Shown in pieces: positions 12,050-21,357 of a stretch of DNA of 64,000 nucleotides. The notes below the pieces were generated by a model. It ran no database searches. It saw only the letters and a program-made list of their open reading frames with translations, and was not told where the DNA came from. Positions within the stretch are counted from its first letter, which is position 1; the number at the start of each line of letters is the position of its first letter. The position numbers and the translations under genes are program-made. This DNA comes from Alphaproteobacteria bacterium (lineage in GTDB: Bacteria; Pseudomonadota; Alphaproteobacteria; UBA6615), in assembly GCA_009694135.1 (NCBI GenBank), contig SHVS01000011.1, positions 3,972 through 67,971 on the forward strand, in the 5' to 3' direction.

Positions 12050-13060
12050 ATGATCGCCCGCCGCACGGCTCTTGGGCTCCTCGCCGGCGGTGCGCTTGCC
12101 CCGCGCTTCGCGCGCGCTCAGCAGCAAAGCCGCGTCATGCGGGTCGCGGTCGCCGGCTCCGCGTTTGCGACGCTCGACGAGATGGCCGAGGCCGGGCATC
12201 CGTACTACGCCGCCCTGGTGCGCGAATTGCGCCGCCTGGGTTGGGTCGAGGGCCGCAATCTCAGGCTCGACCGCTGGCCGCTCGGCAATCGTGCGATTGC
12301 CGAATACGCGCCTGTGGCGAAACAGATCGCCGGAACCGAGCCGGATGCGATCTTCGCCGCCGGCAGGCTTCCGGCACTAGCGTTGAAGGCGTCGTCGTCG
12401 AGCATCCCCATCATCTTTGTCGCATCGACACCCGTCGAATCGGGCTTGGCAAAAAGCCTCGATCAACCGGGTAGAAACGCGACCGGCGTATCGCAGGACG
12501 CGAGCCCCGAATTTCTGCAGATGCGCTTGCAGCTGTTGAAGGAAATAACGGGTGGAGCGAGTAAGTTCGCCTATCTCGGGCGCGGCGAAACATTGGCCGA
12601 CCAGTTGGATCGCCAGGTAATAGCCAGCAAGGCGCTTGGCGTGCGGCTCTTCGGCGTTGAAATTTCCGAGACGCCAAATGAAACCGAACTGCGGACCGCT
12701 CTGTCGCAGGCGGCGGATTTGCGGGCGCAGGCGCTGCTCCTGGCGACCGCGCAGCTGACCTCGCCCCGGATGGCGCGGATGATGGCCGATTGGGCTTATC
12801 AGGCACGCTTGCCGGTGATGTGCGCGCAGCGCGAGCTTGTCCAAGCTGGGGTGCTCATGAGCTATGACGCCGATGCCTTGGACTTGTATCGCGAAGCCGC
12901 CCGTTATCTTGATCGCGTGCTGAGGGGTGCGAAACCGGCGGAGATGCCGATCCAGCTGCCGTCCCGTTTCACCTGCGTCGTCAATCTTAGGACCGCTCGG
13001 GCGCTCGACCTCGAGGTGTCGTCGACGATGCGTGGCTTCGTCACCGACTACGTTGAGTAG
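12050..13060 (+). CDS. ABC transporter periplasmic substrate-binding protein (COG2984/PF04392-like), Tat-type signal
   Basis: MIARRTALGLLAGGALAPRFARAQQ signal; fold features of ABC_sub_bind family. Confidence 0.65.
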   Translation: MIARRTALGLLAGGALAPRFARAQQQSRVMRVAVAGSAFATLDEMAEAGHPYYAALVRELRRLGWVEGRNLRLDRWPLGNRAIAEYAPVAKQIAGTEPDAIFAAGRLPALALKASSSSIPIIFVASTPVESGLAKSLDQPGRNATGVSQDASPEFLQMRLQLLKEITGGASKFAYLGRGETLADQLDRQVIASKALGVRLFGVEISETPNETELRTALSQAADLRAQALLLATAQLTSPRMARMMADWAYQARLPVMCAQRELVQAGVLMSYDADALDLYREAARYLDRVLRGAKPAEMPIQLPSRFTCVVNLRTARALDLEVSSTMRGFVTDYVE

Positions 13061-13080
13061 GCGGCCAGGGGCCGCCCATT

Positions 13081-13452
13081 TCACGCGAGCGCGCGGCGGG
13101 CGGCGTCGCGGATCTCGGCCAGGCTGAAGGGTTTGGCCAAAACCTCGCGTACCAGCGCATCCAGGTTATGCGCCCGGGCGCGCTGCGCCGCGAGGCCAGA
13201 CATCAGGATCACCGGTAGGCCGGGACGGTCTTGCGTGGCGAGCAGCGCCAACTCGATCCCATCCAGGCCGGGCATCATAATGTCGGTGATCAACAGGTCA
13301 TAAGCGGTCGCCTTGAGCGCGTCATAGGCAGCGCTGCCGTCGGGCGCGACATCGACGACGAAACCGGCTTCCTGCAGCGCTTTCTGCGCCATCACGCGCA
13401 CCGGCTCCTCATCATCGGCGACCAGGTTCGGGCCGGCTGGGTGCGCGCCATG
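13081..13452 (-). CDS. cpdR: single-domain response regulator (receiver only), CpdR-like; start codon not resolved
   Basis: Receiver motifs LVADDEEPVRVMAQKALQEAGF...LLITDIMMPGLDGIELA...KPF resemble the ClpXP adaptor CpdR; no in-frame ATG/GTG/TTG upstream of the DD pair (see finding). Confidence 0.6.
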   Translation of the reverse strand, partial: HGAHPAGPNLVADDEEPVRVMAQKALQEAGFVVDVAPDGSAAYDALKATAYDLLITDIMMPGLDGIELALLATQDRPGLPVILMSGLAAQRARAHNLDALVREVLAKPFSLAEIRDAARRALA

Positions 13453-13463
13453 CGTCCCCGCAG

Positions 13464-14213
13464 CTAATTGGCGGCGGCGTTGGCGAACACCACATCGACA
13501 TGGCGCACGCGTTCCGGCGGGCGTTCCTTGCGGGTGCGAAAACTGGCGCTCGCGCCGGCCGACAGACGCTCGACATCGGTGCGGAACGTCCAGCTTTCGA
13601 CCACGACATTGCGGTCGTCGCGCAAATTGGCGAGCAACGTCGGCAAGGTGATCGTGTGTCCGCTCTTGTTGATCACCGTGCCTTCGAGCACCAAGACCGG
13701 AGTGCCGGCATCCATTTCGATGCGTGGCGACAAGGCCGGAATTTCCAGCCCGGCGCCGGGGGCTTCTTCCGCCAGCCCGCCGAGCCCGACGATATTGTAC
13801 AGGCGCGCGGCCGGCGGCCAGGCGGCGACGATCGAGGATTGGCCGAGCCACAGCCCGCCGATTAACACCGTGCCGGCAGCGGCGAATGCGGCCCAGCCGA
13901 TCGCATTCTCCGGCAGCGCCATGCCGGCAAAGCTGGGCCGGCGTTTACGCACCGCCGGAAGATTGGCGCGCCGCGGTGGCGGCGCCGCCATGGAGGCGGC
14001 CGCCATGACATCGGGCGGTGGTCTGCCATCGAATCGGGAGTAGGCAGGTTTGCTTGCCGGAGCGGGCGCTTGCGCCGCAGCGGCGACGGCGACTTCCGGC
14101 TTCTGGTGCCACTGGTGTCCGCAACGCGCACAACGCACCGTCCGCCCGGAACTTCCGAGCGAAGTCGGATTGACGACATAGCGCGTCATGCACGCCGAGC
14201 AGCTGAGAATCAT
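13464..14213 (-). CDS. MJ0042-type zinc-ribbon / DUF3426 membrane protein
   Basis: MILSCSACMTRYVVNPTSLGSSGRTVRCARCGHQW zinc ribbon, one TM, DUF3426-like C-terminal domain; conserved upstream of ftsEX. Confidence 0.75.
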   Translation of the reverse strand: MILSCSACMTRYVVNPTSLGSSGRTVRCARCGHQWHQKPEVAVAAAAQAPAPASKPAYSRFDGRPPPDVMAAASMAAPPPRRANLPAVRKRRPSFAGMALPENAIGWAAFAAAGTVLIGGLWLGQSSIVAAWPPAARLYNIVGLGGLAEEAPGAGLEIPALSPRIEMDAGTPVLVLEGTVINKSGHTITLPTLLANLRDDRNVVVESWTFRTDVERLSAGASASFRTRKERPPERVRHVDVVFANAAAN

Positions 14214-14426
14214 CTCGTCATGCCGTCAGCCAAAATGCATGGGTCGCAACAGAGGACCATAGGGACTTATAGGAAGGACCGGCGCATGAGGCAAGAACCG
14301 GTTGCGGCGAATTAGGCGTTCGACATTCTTCCACTCGGTGACGGCCGCGCGAAAAAGAAACGTGCGCTCGTTTCGGCGCGCCCGTAATGTTGCTCTCGAT
14401 TCGGCCTAGCAGGGAGCGATTCACCC

Positions 14427-15110
14427 TTGGTGGTGTTCGAGAATGTTGCGATGCGCTACGAGCAAGGGCCCGTGGTGCTGCGCGACGTCAACTTTCATCT
14501 ACGCGAGGGATCGTTCCATTTCCTCACTGGTCTCAGCGGCGCGGGCAAGTCCTCGCTGTTGAGCCTGCTTTACCTTGCGCAGTTGCCGACCTCCGGGCGG
14601 GTGAAATTGTTCGGTCAGGACGTGGCCTCGATGCCGCGCACCGAGCGCCCGGCGCTGCGCCGCAAGATTGGGGTCGTATTCCAGGATTTCCGGCTGCTTG
14701 ACCATCTGACGGCGGTGGAAAATGTTGCCCTGCCGCTGCGCGTGTCGGGAAACGATGGGCCCGAGGCGGAAACGCATGTGCGCGAACTGCTGGCCTGGGT
14801 GGGTTTAGCCGATCACGTCGATGCGCGCCCGCGCGAGCTTTCGGGCGGCCAACAGCAGCGCATCGCGATCGCGCGCGCGGTCATAAACCGGCCGCTGCTG
14901 CTGCTCGCCGACGAACCGACCGGCAATGTCGATGACACGACGGCGGCGCGGCTGATGTACCTGTTCGAAGAGCTCAACAAGATGGGCACCACGGTGGTGT
15001 TGGCGACGCACGCCGAATTGCTCATCCGGCGCTTCGATCACCCGGTCTTGCGCCTTGAGGCCGGAACGCTCGCCGTCGATCCTGCGCCGCGCGCCCGCGG
15101 CGTGGCGTAG
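14427..15110 (+). CDS. ftsE: cell division ATP-binding protein FtsE
   Basis: Walker [13 protein letters not shown] signature [14 protein letters not shown], Walker [13 protein letters not shown]. Confidence 0.92.
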   Translation: MVVFENVAMRYEQGPVVLRDVNFHLREGSFHFLTGLSGAGKSSLLSLLYLAQLPTSGRVKLFGQDVASMPRTERPALRRKIGVVFQDFRLLDHLTAVENVALPLRVSGNDGPEAETHVRELLAWVGLADHVDARPRELSGGQQQRIAIARAVINRPLLLLADEPTGNVDDTTAARLMYLFEELNKMGTTVVLATHAELLIRRFDHPVLRLEAGTLAVDPAPRARGVA

Positions 15111-15116
15111 GTCGTC

Positions 15117-15995
15117 ATGATCCGCAGGCGCGTTCCGGTCGAGTTGCCGTTTTCCGGCGATCCGTCGACGCGCTTTTTACCGGGCGTGATCGCGCTCATG
15201 GTCTTTCTCACCGCGCTGGCCCTGGCCGGGACGATGTTGCTTGAACGCGCCGTGGCCGACTGGCGGCAGAGCCTGACCACCCGCGTGACGGTCGAGGTGC
15301 CGCCAGGCCCGAAGCTGGACGAGCGCCTCGCGGCGGCCGAGGCGATGCTGCGCGCGACCCCAGGATTACTCCAGGTCCGCTTGCTGACCGAAGACGAAGT
15401 GGCCGAATTGCTACGTCCCTGGCTCGGCGATGCGGCGCAGCGACTCGATCTGCCGCTGCCGCGCTTGATCGATGCCACGCTCGTGGCCGGCGGTGGGCTC
15501 GATCTCGCCGGCCTGCGCCGCCGCCTGGAAGCGGCGTCGCCGGGCGCGGCCATCGACGATCACCGCGACTGGCTCTCCGGGCTGGTAGTGCTTGCGCGCG
15601 GACTCGAGTGGTTGTCAGTGGCCGTGATTGTCCTGGTCGGCGCTTCGGCCATGGCGGCGATCGTCTTTGTCGTGCGCAGTGGACTCGCTATTCACCGCGG
15701 GGTGGTTGAGTTCCTACATTTGATCGGCGCCCAGGACGGTTACATCGGCCGTCAATTCGAACGCCAAATCTTGCGCCTTGGCCTGCGCGGCGCCGGTCTT
15801 GGCCTGGCAGGGGTCGTCATCGTCGCGGCGCCGGTCGCTTTCCTGGCCCAGGCGCTGGAGGGACCGGGGGTGCGCGCGCCGGGTCTGGAAGCTTGGCATT
15901 TGGCGGTCATCGGCCTCGTGCCGCTGGCGGCGGTGCTTGCGGCCGGTGTGACCGCGCGGCTGACAGTTCGTCGCGCGCTGGCGCGGCTGCCATAG
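15117..15995 (+). CDS. ftsX: cell division permease-like protein FtsX
   Basis: Follows ftsE by 6 nt; 4-TM FtsX topology with large periplasmic loop. Confidence 0.88.
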   Translation: MIRRRVPVELPFSGDPSTRFLPGVIALMVFLTALALAGTMLLERAVADWRQSLTTRVTVEVPPGPKLDERLAAAEAMLRATPGLLQVRLLTEDEVAELLRPWLGDAAQRLDLPLPRLIDATLVAGGGLDLAGLRRRLEAASPGAAIDDHRDWLSGLVVLARGLEWLSVAVIVLVGASAMAAIVFVVRSGLAIHRGVVEFLHLIGAQDGYIGRQFERQILRLGLRGAGLGLAGVVIVAAPVAFLAQALEGPGVRAPGLEAWHLAVIGLVPLAAVLAAGVTARLTVRRALARLP

Positions 15996-15997
15996 AG

Positions 15998-16609
15998 CCG
16001 CTCCGCCGCAAGCGCCGCAAGACGGCGGTCCGCCGTGGGCTGATTCTGCTCGGATTACAGCTCCTTCTGCTCGGCACATTTACCGCCGGGCTGGTGCGCT
16101 ATGTCGCCACGATCCCGCGTGCAATAGCGACCGCGACCGAGCCGGTCGATGCGATCGTCGTCTTGACCGGAGGAGGTGGCCGCCTGGAAGAGGGCTTGGC
16201 GCTGCTCGGGCGTGGTAATGGGCAAAGGCTTTTTGTTTCCGGCGTGCATCGTGGGGTCGAACTCAGCGAGCTGTTTCGCCTCGCGCCCGACATCCGCCCG
16301 AGTCTGAGCTGCTGCGTGGTGCTCGGTCATGAGGCCGTGGACACGCGCGGCAATGCCCGCGAAACGGCGGCCTGGGTGGCCAGCGCCGACATCAGCTCGC
16401 TCCGCTTGGTGACCTCGAATTATCACATGTCGCGTAGTCTCATCGAGTTCCACCGTGCCATGCCACAGGTCGTCATCGTGCCGCATGCGGTTCCCACTCC
16501 AGGGATTGATTTCGATGGCTGGTGGTATCGACCGCGCGTGTTGCGCCTGGCTGCTGGCGAGTACGTTAAGCTGCTGCTCGCACTTGGACGTGCGAGCCTG
16601 AACGCGTGA
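15998..16609 (+). CDS. DUF218 / YdcF-family protein (ElyC/SanA-like)
   Basis: TM anchor LILLGLQLLLLGTFTAG then DAIVVLTGGGGRLEEG...NYHMSRS motifs; start unresolved (no canonical start between the ftsX stop and the TM segment; the listed ATG at 15893 overlaps ftsX by ~100 nt). Confidence 0.6.
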   Translation, partial: PLRRKRRKTAVRRGLILLGLQLLLLGTFTAGLVRYVATIPRAIATATEPVDAIVVLTGGGGRLEEGLALLGRGNGQRLFVSGVHRGVELSELFRLAPDIRPSLSCCVVLGHEAVDTRGNARETAAWVASADISSLRLVTSNYHMSRSLIEFHRAMPQVVIVPHAVPTPGIDFDGWWYRPRVLRLAAGEYVKLLLALGRASLNA

Positions 16610-17328
16610 CCGTCGCGCGCGCGCTGCTGTTCAATGCGGCGTTCTACCTATGGACGCTGGCGATGATGCTCTGGGCGCTGGTCGCCAGTATTGGGCAGCC
16701 GCGTCGGGTGCAGCGCGTCGTGCCGGTGTGGAGCCGTGCCAGCCTCTGGCTGCTCGCGCGCATCACCGGACTGACGCATGAAGTAGTGGGCTACGATCGC
16801 TTGCCGCCCGCGCCGTTCATCGTCGCCGCCAAGCACCAATCGGCCTGGGACGTTCTCGCCTTGACGGTCCTATTTCCCGAGGCGGGCTTTGTCCTCAAGC
16901 AGGAACTGCGCCGCCTGCCGCTGTTCGGGTACCTGGCGGCGCGCGCCGGGCACATCGCGGTCAATCGCGGCGGCCATGCGCGTGCGCTGACCGCCATGCT
17001 CGCGGCGGTGCGCGACGCGGTGACGCGCGGGCGGAGCATCATCGTCTTTCCGCAGGGGACGCGTACCCAGCCGGGCGAGACGCGCCCGTATCGGGTTGGG
17101 GTCGCCGCCCTGTATGCCGAACTCGGCGTTCCGGTAGTGCCGGTGGCGCTCAATTCGGGGCTCTATTGGCCACGGCGCTGGCCGATCCAGCGCGCAGGGA
17201 CCATCCGGGTCGAGATTCTCCCGCCCATTTTTCCTGGGCTGGAGCGCCGCGCGTTCCTGGTGGCGCTTGCGTCCACCATCGAGGAGGCCACCGGGCGGCT
17301 CGAAGCCGAGGCGCGGGCTGCAAGTTAG
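16606..17328 (+). CDS. plsC: lysophospholipid acyltransferase (1-acyl-sn-glycerol-3-phosphate acyltransferase family)
   Basis: HQSAWD (HX4D) and FPQGTR motifs; GTG start overlapping previous stop. Confidence 0.8.
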   Translation: MTVARALLFNAAFYLWTLAMMLWALVASIGQPRRVQRVVPVWSRASLWLLARITGLTHEVVGYDRLPPAPFIVAAKHQSAWDVLALTVLFPEAGFVLKQELRRLPLFGYLAARAGHIAVNRGGHARALTAMLAAVRDAVTRGRSIIVFPQGTRTQPGETRPYRVGVAALYAELGVPVVPVALNSGLYWPRRWPIQRAGTIRVEILPPIFPGLERRAFLVALASTIEEATGRLEAEARAAS

Positions 17329-17396
17329 GTAGGATTCGAGACGGAAACTCGTGGTAGCATCCGCATGGGTCGACCCCGACTCATAGGTTTTGCGCC

Positions 17397-19703
17397 ATGC
17401 CCGAACTCGCGCCGATCGCCCATCAGATCTGGGACATGAAGTACCGGCTGAAAGACGCGGCCGGACTTCCGCTTGACCGCACGCTGGAGGACACCTGGCG
17501 TCGAGTGGCGGGCGCGCTTGCCGCGGTCGAGCCCAAGACCGGCGGCGATGTGGCGGCCTGGGAGGCGCGTTTCTATGACGCGCTGGCCGGGTTCAAGTTT
17601 TTGCCTGGCGGACGGATCATTGCTGGGGCTGGTTCCGGGCGTACGGTCACGCTGTTCAACTGCTTCGTCATGGGAGAAATCCCGGATGACATGGCCGGGA
17701 TTTTCGACCACCTGCGCGAAGCGGCGCTCACCATGCAGCAGGGCGGCGGGATCGGTTACGATTTCTCGACCCTCAGGCCGCACGGCGCGCCGGTGAAGGG
17801 CGTCGGCGCCGATGCCTCCGGCCCGCTCAGCTTCATGGATGTGTGGGACGCCATGTGCCGCACGGTCATGTCGGCCGGGCATCGCCGCGGCGCGATGATG
17901 GCGACGCTCGCCTGCGACCACCCGGATATAGAAGCCTTCATCGATGCCAAGCGCACCCCCGGCCGACTGCGCATGTTCAACCTGTCGGTACTGGTCAGCG
18001 ATGCCTTCATGCAGGCGGTTAAAGAGGATGCCGCCTGGACGCTTTCCTTCGCCGGCACGGTCTGCAAGACGCTGCGCGCGCGCGAGCTGTGGGAACGCAT
18101 CATGCGTGCGACCTATGCCTATGCCGAGCCCGGCGTGATCTTCATCGACCGCATCAACCGGCTCAATAATCTGCATTATTGCGAGACGATCCACGCGACC
18201 AACCCGTGCGGCGAGCAGCCTTTGCCTCCCTATGGCGCTTGCCTGCTCGGCTCGATCAATCTGGCGCAGCTGGTGAAGACGCCGTTTAAACCGGGCGCGA
18301 CGATCGAGCCGAATGAATTGGCGGAATTGACCCGGGTCGCCGTGCGGATGCTCGACAACGCGATCGACGTTGCGCATTTCCCGCTCCAGGCGCAAACGCA
18401 AGAAGCACACGCCAAGCGGCGCATTGGGCTCGGCATTACCGGTCTGGCCGATGCGTTGATCATGTGCGGCGCGCGTTACGGCGGGGAGCGGGCGCTCAAG
18501 CTCACCGAGCAATGGCTGGCGGCGATGCGGCGCGCCGCTTACCTGGCCTCGACCGAGTTGGCGCGCGAGAAGGGCGCCTTTCCGCTGTTTGATCGCGAGA
18601 AATATCTCGCCAGCGAATTTGTCAAAGGGCTGGACGAAGACATCCGCGCGGCCATCGCAGCGCATGCCATCCGCAATGCGCTGCTGCTGTCGATCGCGCC
18701 CACGGGCACGATCTCGCTGCTCGCCGACAATGTCTCCTCGGGTATTGAGCCAGTGTTCAGCTTCACTTACACGCGCAACGTCATGATGCCCGACGGGACG
18801 CGCAAGGCGGAGCCGGTCAGCGATTACGCCTATCGGCTCTTCAAGCGTGACTTCGGCGAGACTGCGCCTTTGCCCGATGCTTTCGTCAATGCCGGGAGCT
18901 TGTCGCCGACCGAACATCTGGCGATGCAGGCGGTCGCGCAGCGTTACGTCGATAGCTCGATCTCGAAGACGATCAATTGCCCGGTAGAAATATCCTTCGA
19001 CGCGTTCAAGGACATCTACCTCCGCGCCTATGAGCTTGGCTGCAAGGGCTGCACCACCTACCGGCCCAATCCGGTGACCGGGGCGGTGTTAGAGACCAAC
19101 CCCAAGCCGACGGCCGAGCCGGCGCTTCCGTTGCCGATGCGCGCGCGCGCCGAAGATAAGCTCGACGCCGGCGGGGTGATTTATATGACCCAGCCCTTGA
19201 GCCGGCCGGAGGAGCTGCCGGGCCGCACCTATAAGCTGCGCTGGCCGGATAGCGCGCATGCGATCTACATCACGATCAACGACATCGTCCGTGACGGGCG
19301 GCGGCGGCCATTCGAGGTGTTCGTCAATTCCAAGAACATGGAGCATTACGCCTGGACGGTCGCGCTCACGCGCATGATCTCGGCCGTATTTCGCCGCGGC
19401 GGCGACGTGTCCTTCGTGGTCGAGGAGCTTAAAGCCGTGTTCGACCCGCGCGGCGGCCAGTGGGTCGGCGGGCATTATGTGCCCTCGCTCCTGGCGGCGA
19501 TTGGCGAGGTGATCGAGCGCCATCTGATCGACATCGGATTCATGTCCGGCCCAGTGGACAAAGCCATGCCGCAGGCATTGGAGAAAGCCGTTGGGGAAAA
19601 CGGCCCGTCGCGCGGTGCCTGCCCGAAATGCGGCGCGCTCGCGCTGGTGCATTCCGAAGGCTGCGATCTGTGTACCGCTTGCGGCTACTCGAAGTGCTCT
19701 TAG
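17397..19703 (+). CDS. nrdJ: adenosylcobalamin-dependent (class II) ribonucleotide reductase
   Basis: 768 aa, RNR barrel motifs (NPCGEQPL, active-site Cys region) and C-terminal Cys-rich zinc ribbon CPKCGALALVHSEGCDLCTACGYSKCS. Confidence 0.88.
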   Translation: MPELAPIAHQIWDMKYRLKDAAGLPLDRTLEDTWRRVAGALAAVEPKTGGDVAAWEARFYDALAGFKFLPGGRIIAGAGSGRTVTLFNCFVMGEIPDDMAGIFDHLREAALTMQQGGGIGYDFSTLRPHGAPVKGVGADASGPLSFMDVWDAMCRTVMSAGHRRGAMMATLACDHPDIEAFIDAKRTPGRLRMFNLSVLVSDAFMQAVKEDAAWTLSFAGTVCKTLRARELWERIMRATYAYAEPGVIFIDRINRLNNLHYCETIHATNPCGEQPLPPYGACLLGSINLAQLVKTPFKPGATIEPNELAELTRVAVRMLDNAIDVAHFPLQAQTQEAHAKRRIGLGITGLADALIMCGARYGGERALKLTEQWLAAMRRAAYLASTELAREKGAFPLFDREKYLASEFVKGLDEDIRAAIAAHAIRNALLLSIAPTGTISLLADNVSSGIEPVFSFTYTRNVMMPDGTRKAEPVSDYAYRLFKRDFGETAPLPDAFVNAGSLSPTEHLAMQAVAQRYVDSSISKTINCPVEISFDAFKDIYLRAYELGCKGCTTYRPNPVTGAVLETNPKPTAEPALPLPMRARAEDKLDAGGVIYMTQPLSRPEELPGRTYKLRWPDSAHAIYITINDIVRDGRRRPFEVFVNSKNMEHYAWTVALTRMISAVFRRGGDVSFVVEELKAVFDPRGGQWVGGHYVPSLLAAIGEVIERHLIDIGFMSGPVDKAMPQALEKAVGENGPSRGACPKCGALALVHSEGCDLCTACGYSKCS

Positions 19704-20302
19704 CTTGAGCCGCGCGCCCGTTTCAGCAAGCGATGCATCTCCCCGTCCTTGATGCCGAGCGCGTCCAGGTGTTCGACCAGACTGGCGAGATAATCCAGGC
19801 AGCGCCCGCGCGCGCCCACGCCCTGGCGCACGAGTTTCGCCGTGCGCTCCGCATCGAGCCCGCCGGCGTAATGCGAATGCTGCCGGTCGACGGTGAAGGC
19901 GAGGGCGTCATGCAACCGCCCGCCTTCGCGCAGTTTCAAAAACCGCGCGTCATAAACGCCGGTGTCCATCTCGCGCTTCCACAAAGCGTCGATGACGGCA
20001 ACGCGGTCGCAGGCCGCGATCCGATAGGCAAAACCCATGCAGCTGCCGCCGCGATCGAGGCCGAGCACGAGGCCGGGCTTCTCCGGCGTTCCGCGATAGG
20101 TGTGCGAGTACACGCAAAAGCCGCGGTGATAGCCATGCACCCGCGCCGGCACGCGTTTCTGAAACGCGAATTCCGGGTTCCACATCAGCGAGCCATAGGC
20201 GAACAGCCACAGGTCGCGCTCGGTCGGCAGGCTGGCCAGCAAGGCGGCTTTCTCCGCCAGCTTATGCGGCGGCGGGGGAGAAGGGGGGCGCGACTCCGAC
20301 AT
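19700..20302 (-). CDS. chaC: gamma-glutamylcyclotransferase, ChaC family
   Basis: YGSLMWNP motif and ChaC fold length (~200 aa). Confidence 0.8.
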   Translation of the reverse strand: MSESRPPSPPPPHKLAEKAALLASLPTERDLWLFAYGSLMWNPEFAFQKRVPARVHGYHRGFCVYSHTYRGTPEKPGLVLGLDRGGSCMGFAYRIAACDRVAVIDALWKREMDTGVYDARFLKLREGGRLHDALAFTVDRQHSHYAGGLDAERTAKLVRQGVGARGRCLDYLASLVEHLDALGIKDGEMHRLLKRARGSS

Positions 20303-20352
20303 GGCGCGAAGGTGTTCGCGCCCAAGCGTCTTGGCAAGGGTTTGGCGCCGGC

Positions 20353-21357
20353 ATGAGGAGGATGCGCGCGACGCTGGCCGCCGGGGTGCTGGCGTCGCTG
20401 ATTGCCGGCGGGCTTTGGTTCGGCTGGACCGCCGTCGCCCAGGAATTCACCCGGCGCATCGAGGCCTGGGATGCCACGCAGCGCGCCCTGGGCTTAAAAG
20501 TCGCTCATGGTGCGCCGACGATGAGCGGCTTCCCCCTGCTGTGGCAGGCGGCGCTGGCGGAGCCATCGCTCACGCGGCCAGACGGTAAAATATCCTGGAA
20601 TGGGCCGGAACTGCGCCTCATCTGGCGCGCCTGGGCGCCGCAGCAGCTCGATTTTTCCGCGCCCGGCGTGCATGTCGTCACCTTGTCCCAGTCGCAGGGA
20701 CCGGCGCAGATCACGGCGCGCCTGGCCTCCGCCGAGGCCGCGCTGCGGGGCGGGCCGCAAGGCCAGCAGGTGACGGCAAATATGAGCGGCGCCGATATCG
20801 ATGCGCGCACGCTCGGCTTTGCTCTTACCGTCGGCAGCCTGGTGCTGAGCGTGACGCAGCGTCCGGATTTGCTCTCCGCCGTGGCCTCCGCCGAGCGTTT
20901 GGTGGCGACCGCCGGTCTCGATAGCCCGCTCGGCCGCGATGTTGAGCATCTCGATCTATCCGCCGAGCTTGTTGGCGTGCTCGATTTAGCCGCGCCGCCG
21001 CGTCTGGCGCTCGAAGAGTTTCGCGATGGTGGCGGCACGCTCACCATCAAGCGCCTGAACCTGATTTGGGGGCCGCTGCGCCTGCTCGCCGAGGGCACGC
21101 TCACGCTCGACGCCGAGCTGCGCCCGCGCGGGCAGCTTACTGCCCATGTGCAGGGACTTGCGGATGCAATCGGGCGTTTCGAAGCGGCCGGGGCGCTGCC
21201 GCGTAATCAGGCGACCGGGCTCAAAATCGCCGGCGCGCTGCTCACCAAGCCTAACGGCGACGGGAAGCCGGAGACCGAGCTGCCGCTTTCTTTCGAGGGC
21301 GGGACGGTTTTCCTCGGGCCGGTCGCTTTGGCGAAGCTGCCGGCTTTGATCCAGTAG
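20353..21357 (+). CDS. DUF2125-like secreted/membrane-anchored protein
   Basis: N-terminal anchor LAAGVLASLIAGGLWFGW; no catalytic motifs recognised. Confidence 0.5.
   Translation: MRRMRATLAAGVLASLIAGGLWFGWTAVAQEFTRRIEAWDATQRALGLKVAHGAPTMSGFPLLWQAALAEPSLTRPDGKISWNGPELRLIWRAWAPQQLDFSAPGVHVVTLSQSQGPAQITARLASAEAALRGGPQGQQVTANMSGADIDARTLGFALTVGSLVLSVTQRPDLLSAVASAERLVATAGLDSPLGRDVEHLDLSAELVGVLDLAAPPRLALEEFRDGGGTLTIKRLNLIWGPLRLLAEGTLTLDAELRPRGQLTAHVQGLADAIGRFEAAGALPRNQATGLKIAGALLTKPNGDGKPETELPLSFEGGTVFLGPVALAKLPALIQ

Noticed and set aside
13464-13851. Listed 256-aa ORF 13081..13851 as a single long response-regulator protein
   Set aside because: The N-terminal 130 residues are Arg-rich nonsense read antisense-style across the end of the zinc-ribbon gene. 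Only the C-terminal ~120-aa receiver domain is real.
17329-17396. Cobalamin riboswitch upstream of the B12-dependent nrdJ
   Set aside because: The intergenic region is only ~70 nt, far too short for a cobalamin riboswitch, and no B12-box was seen.
19733-20356. 207-aa ORF on the plus strand
   Set aside because: It is entirely antisense to the well-supported chaC gene and has no recognisable domains.
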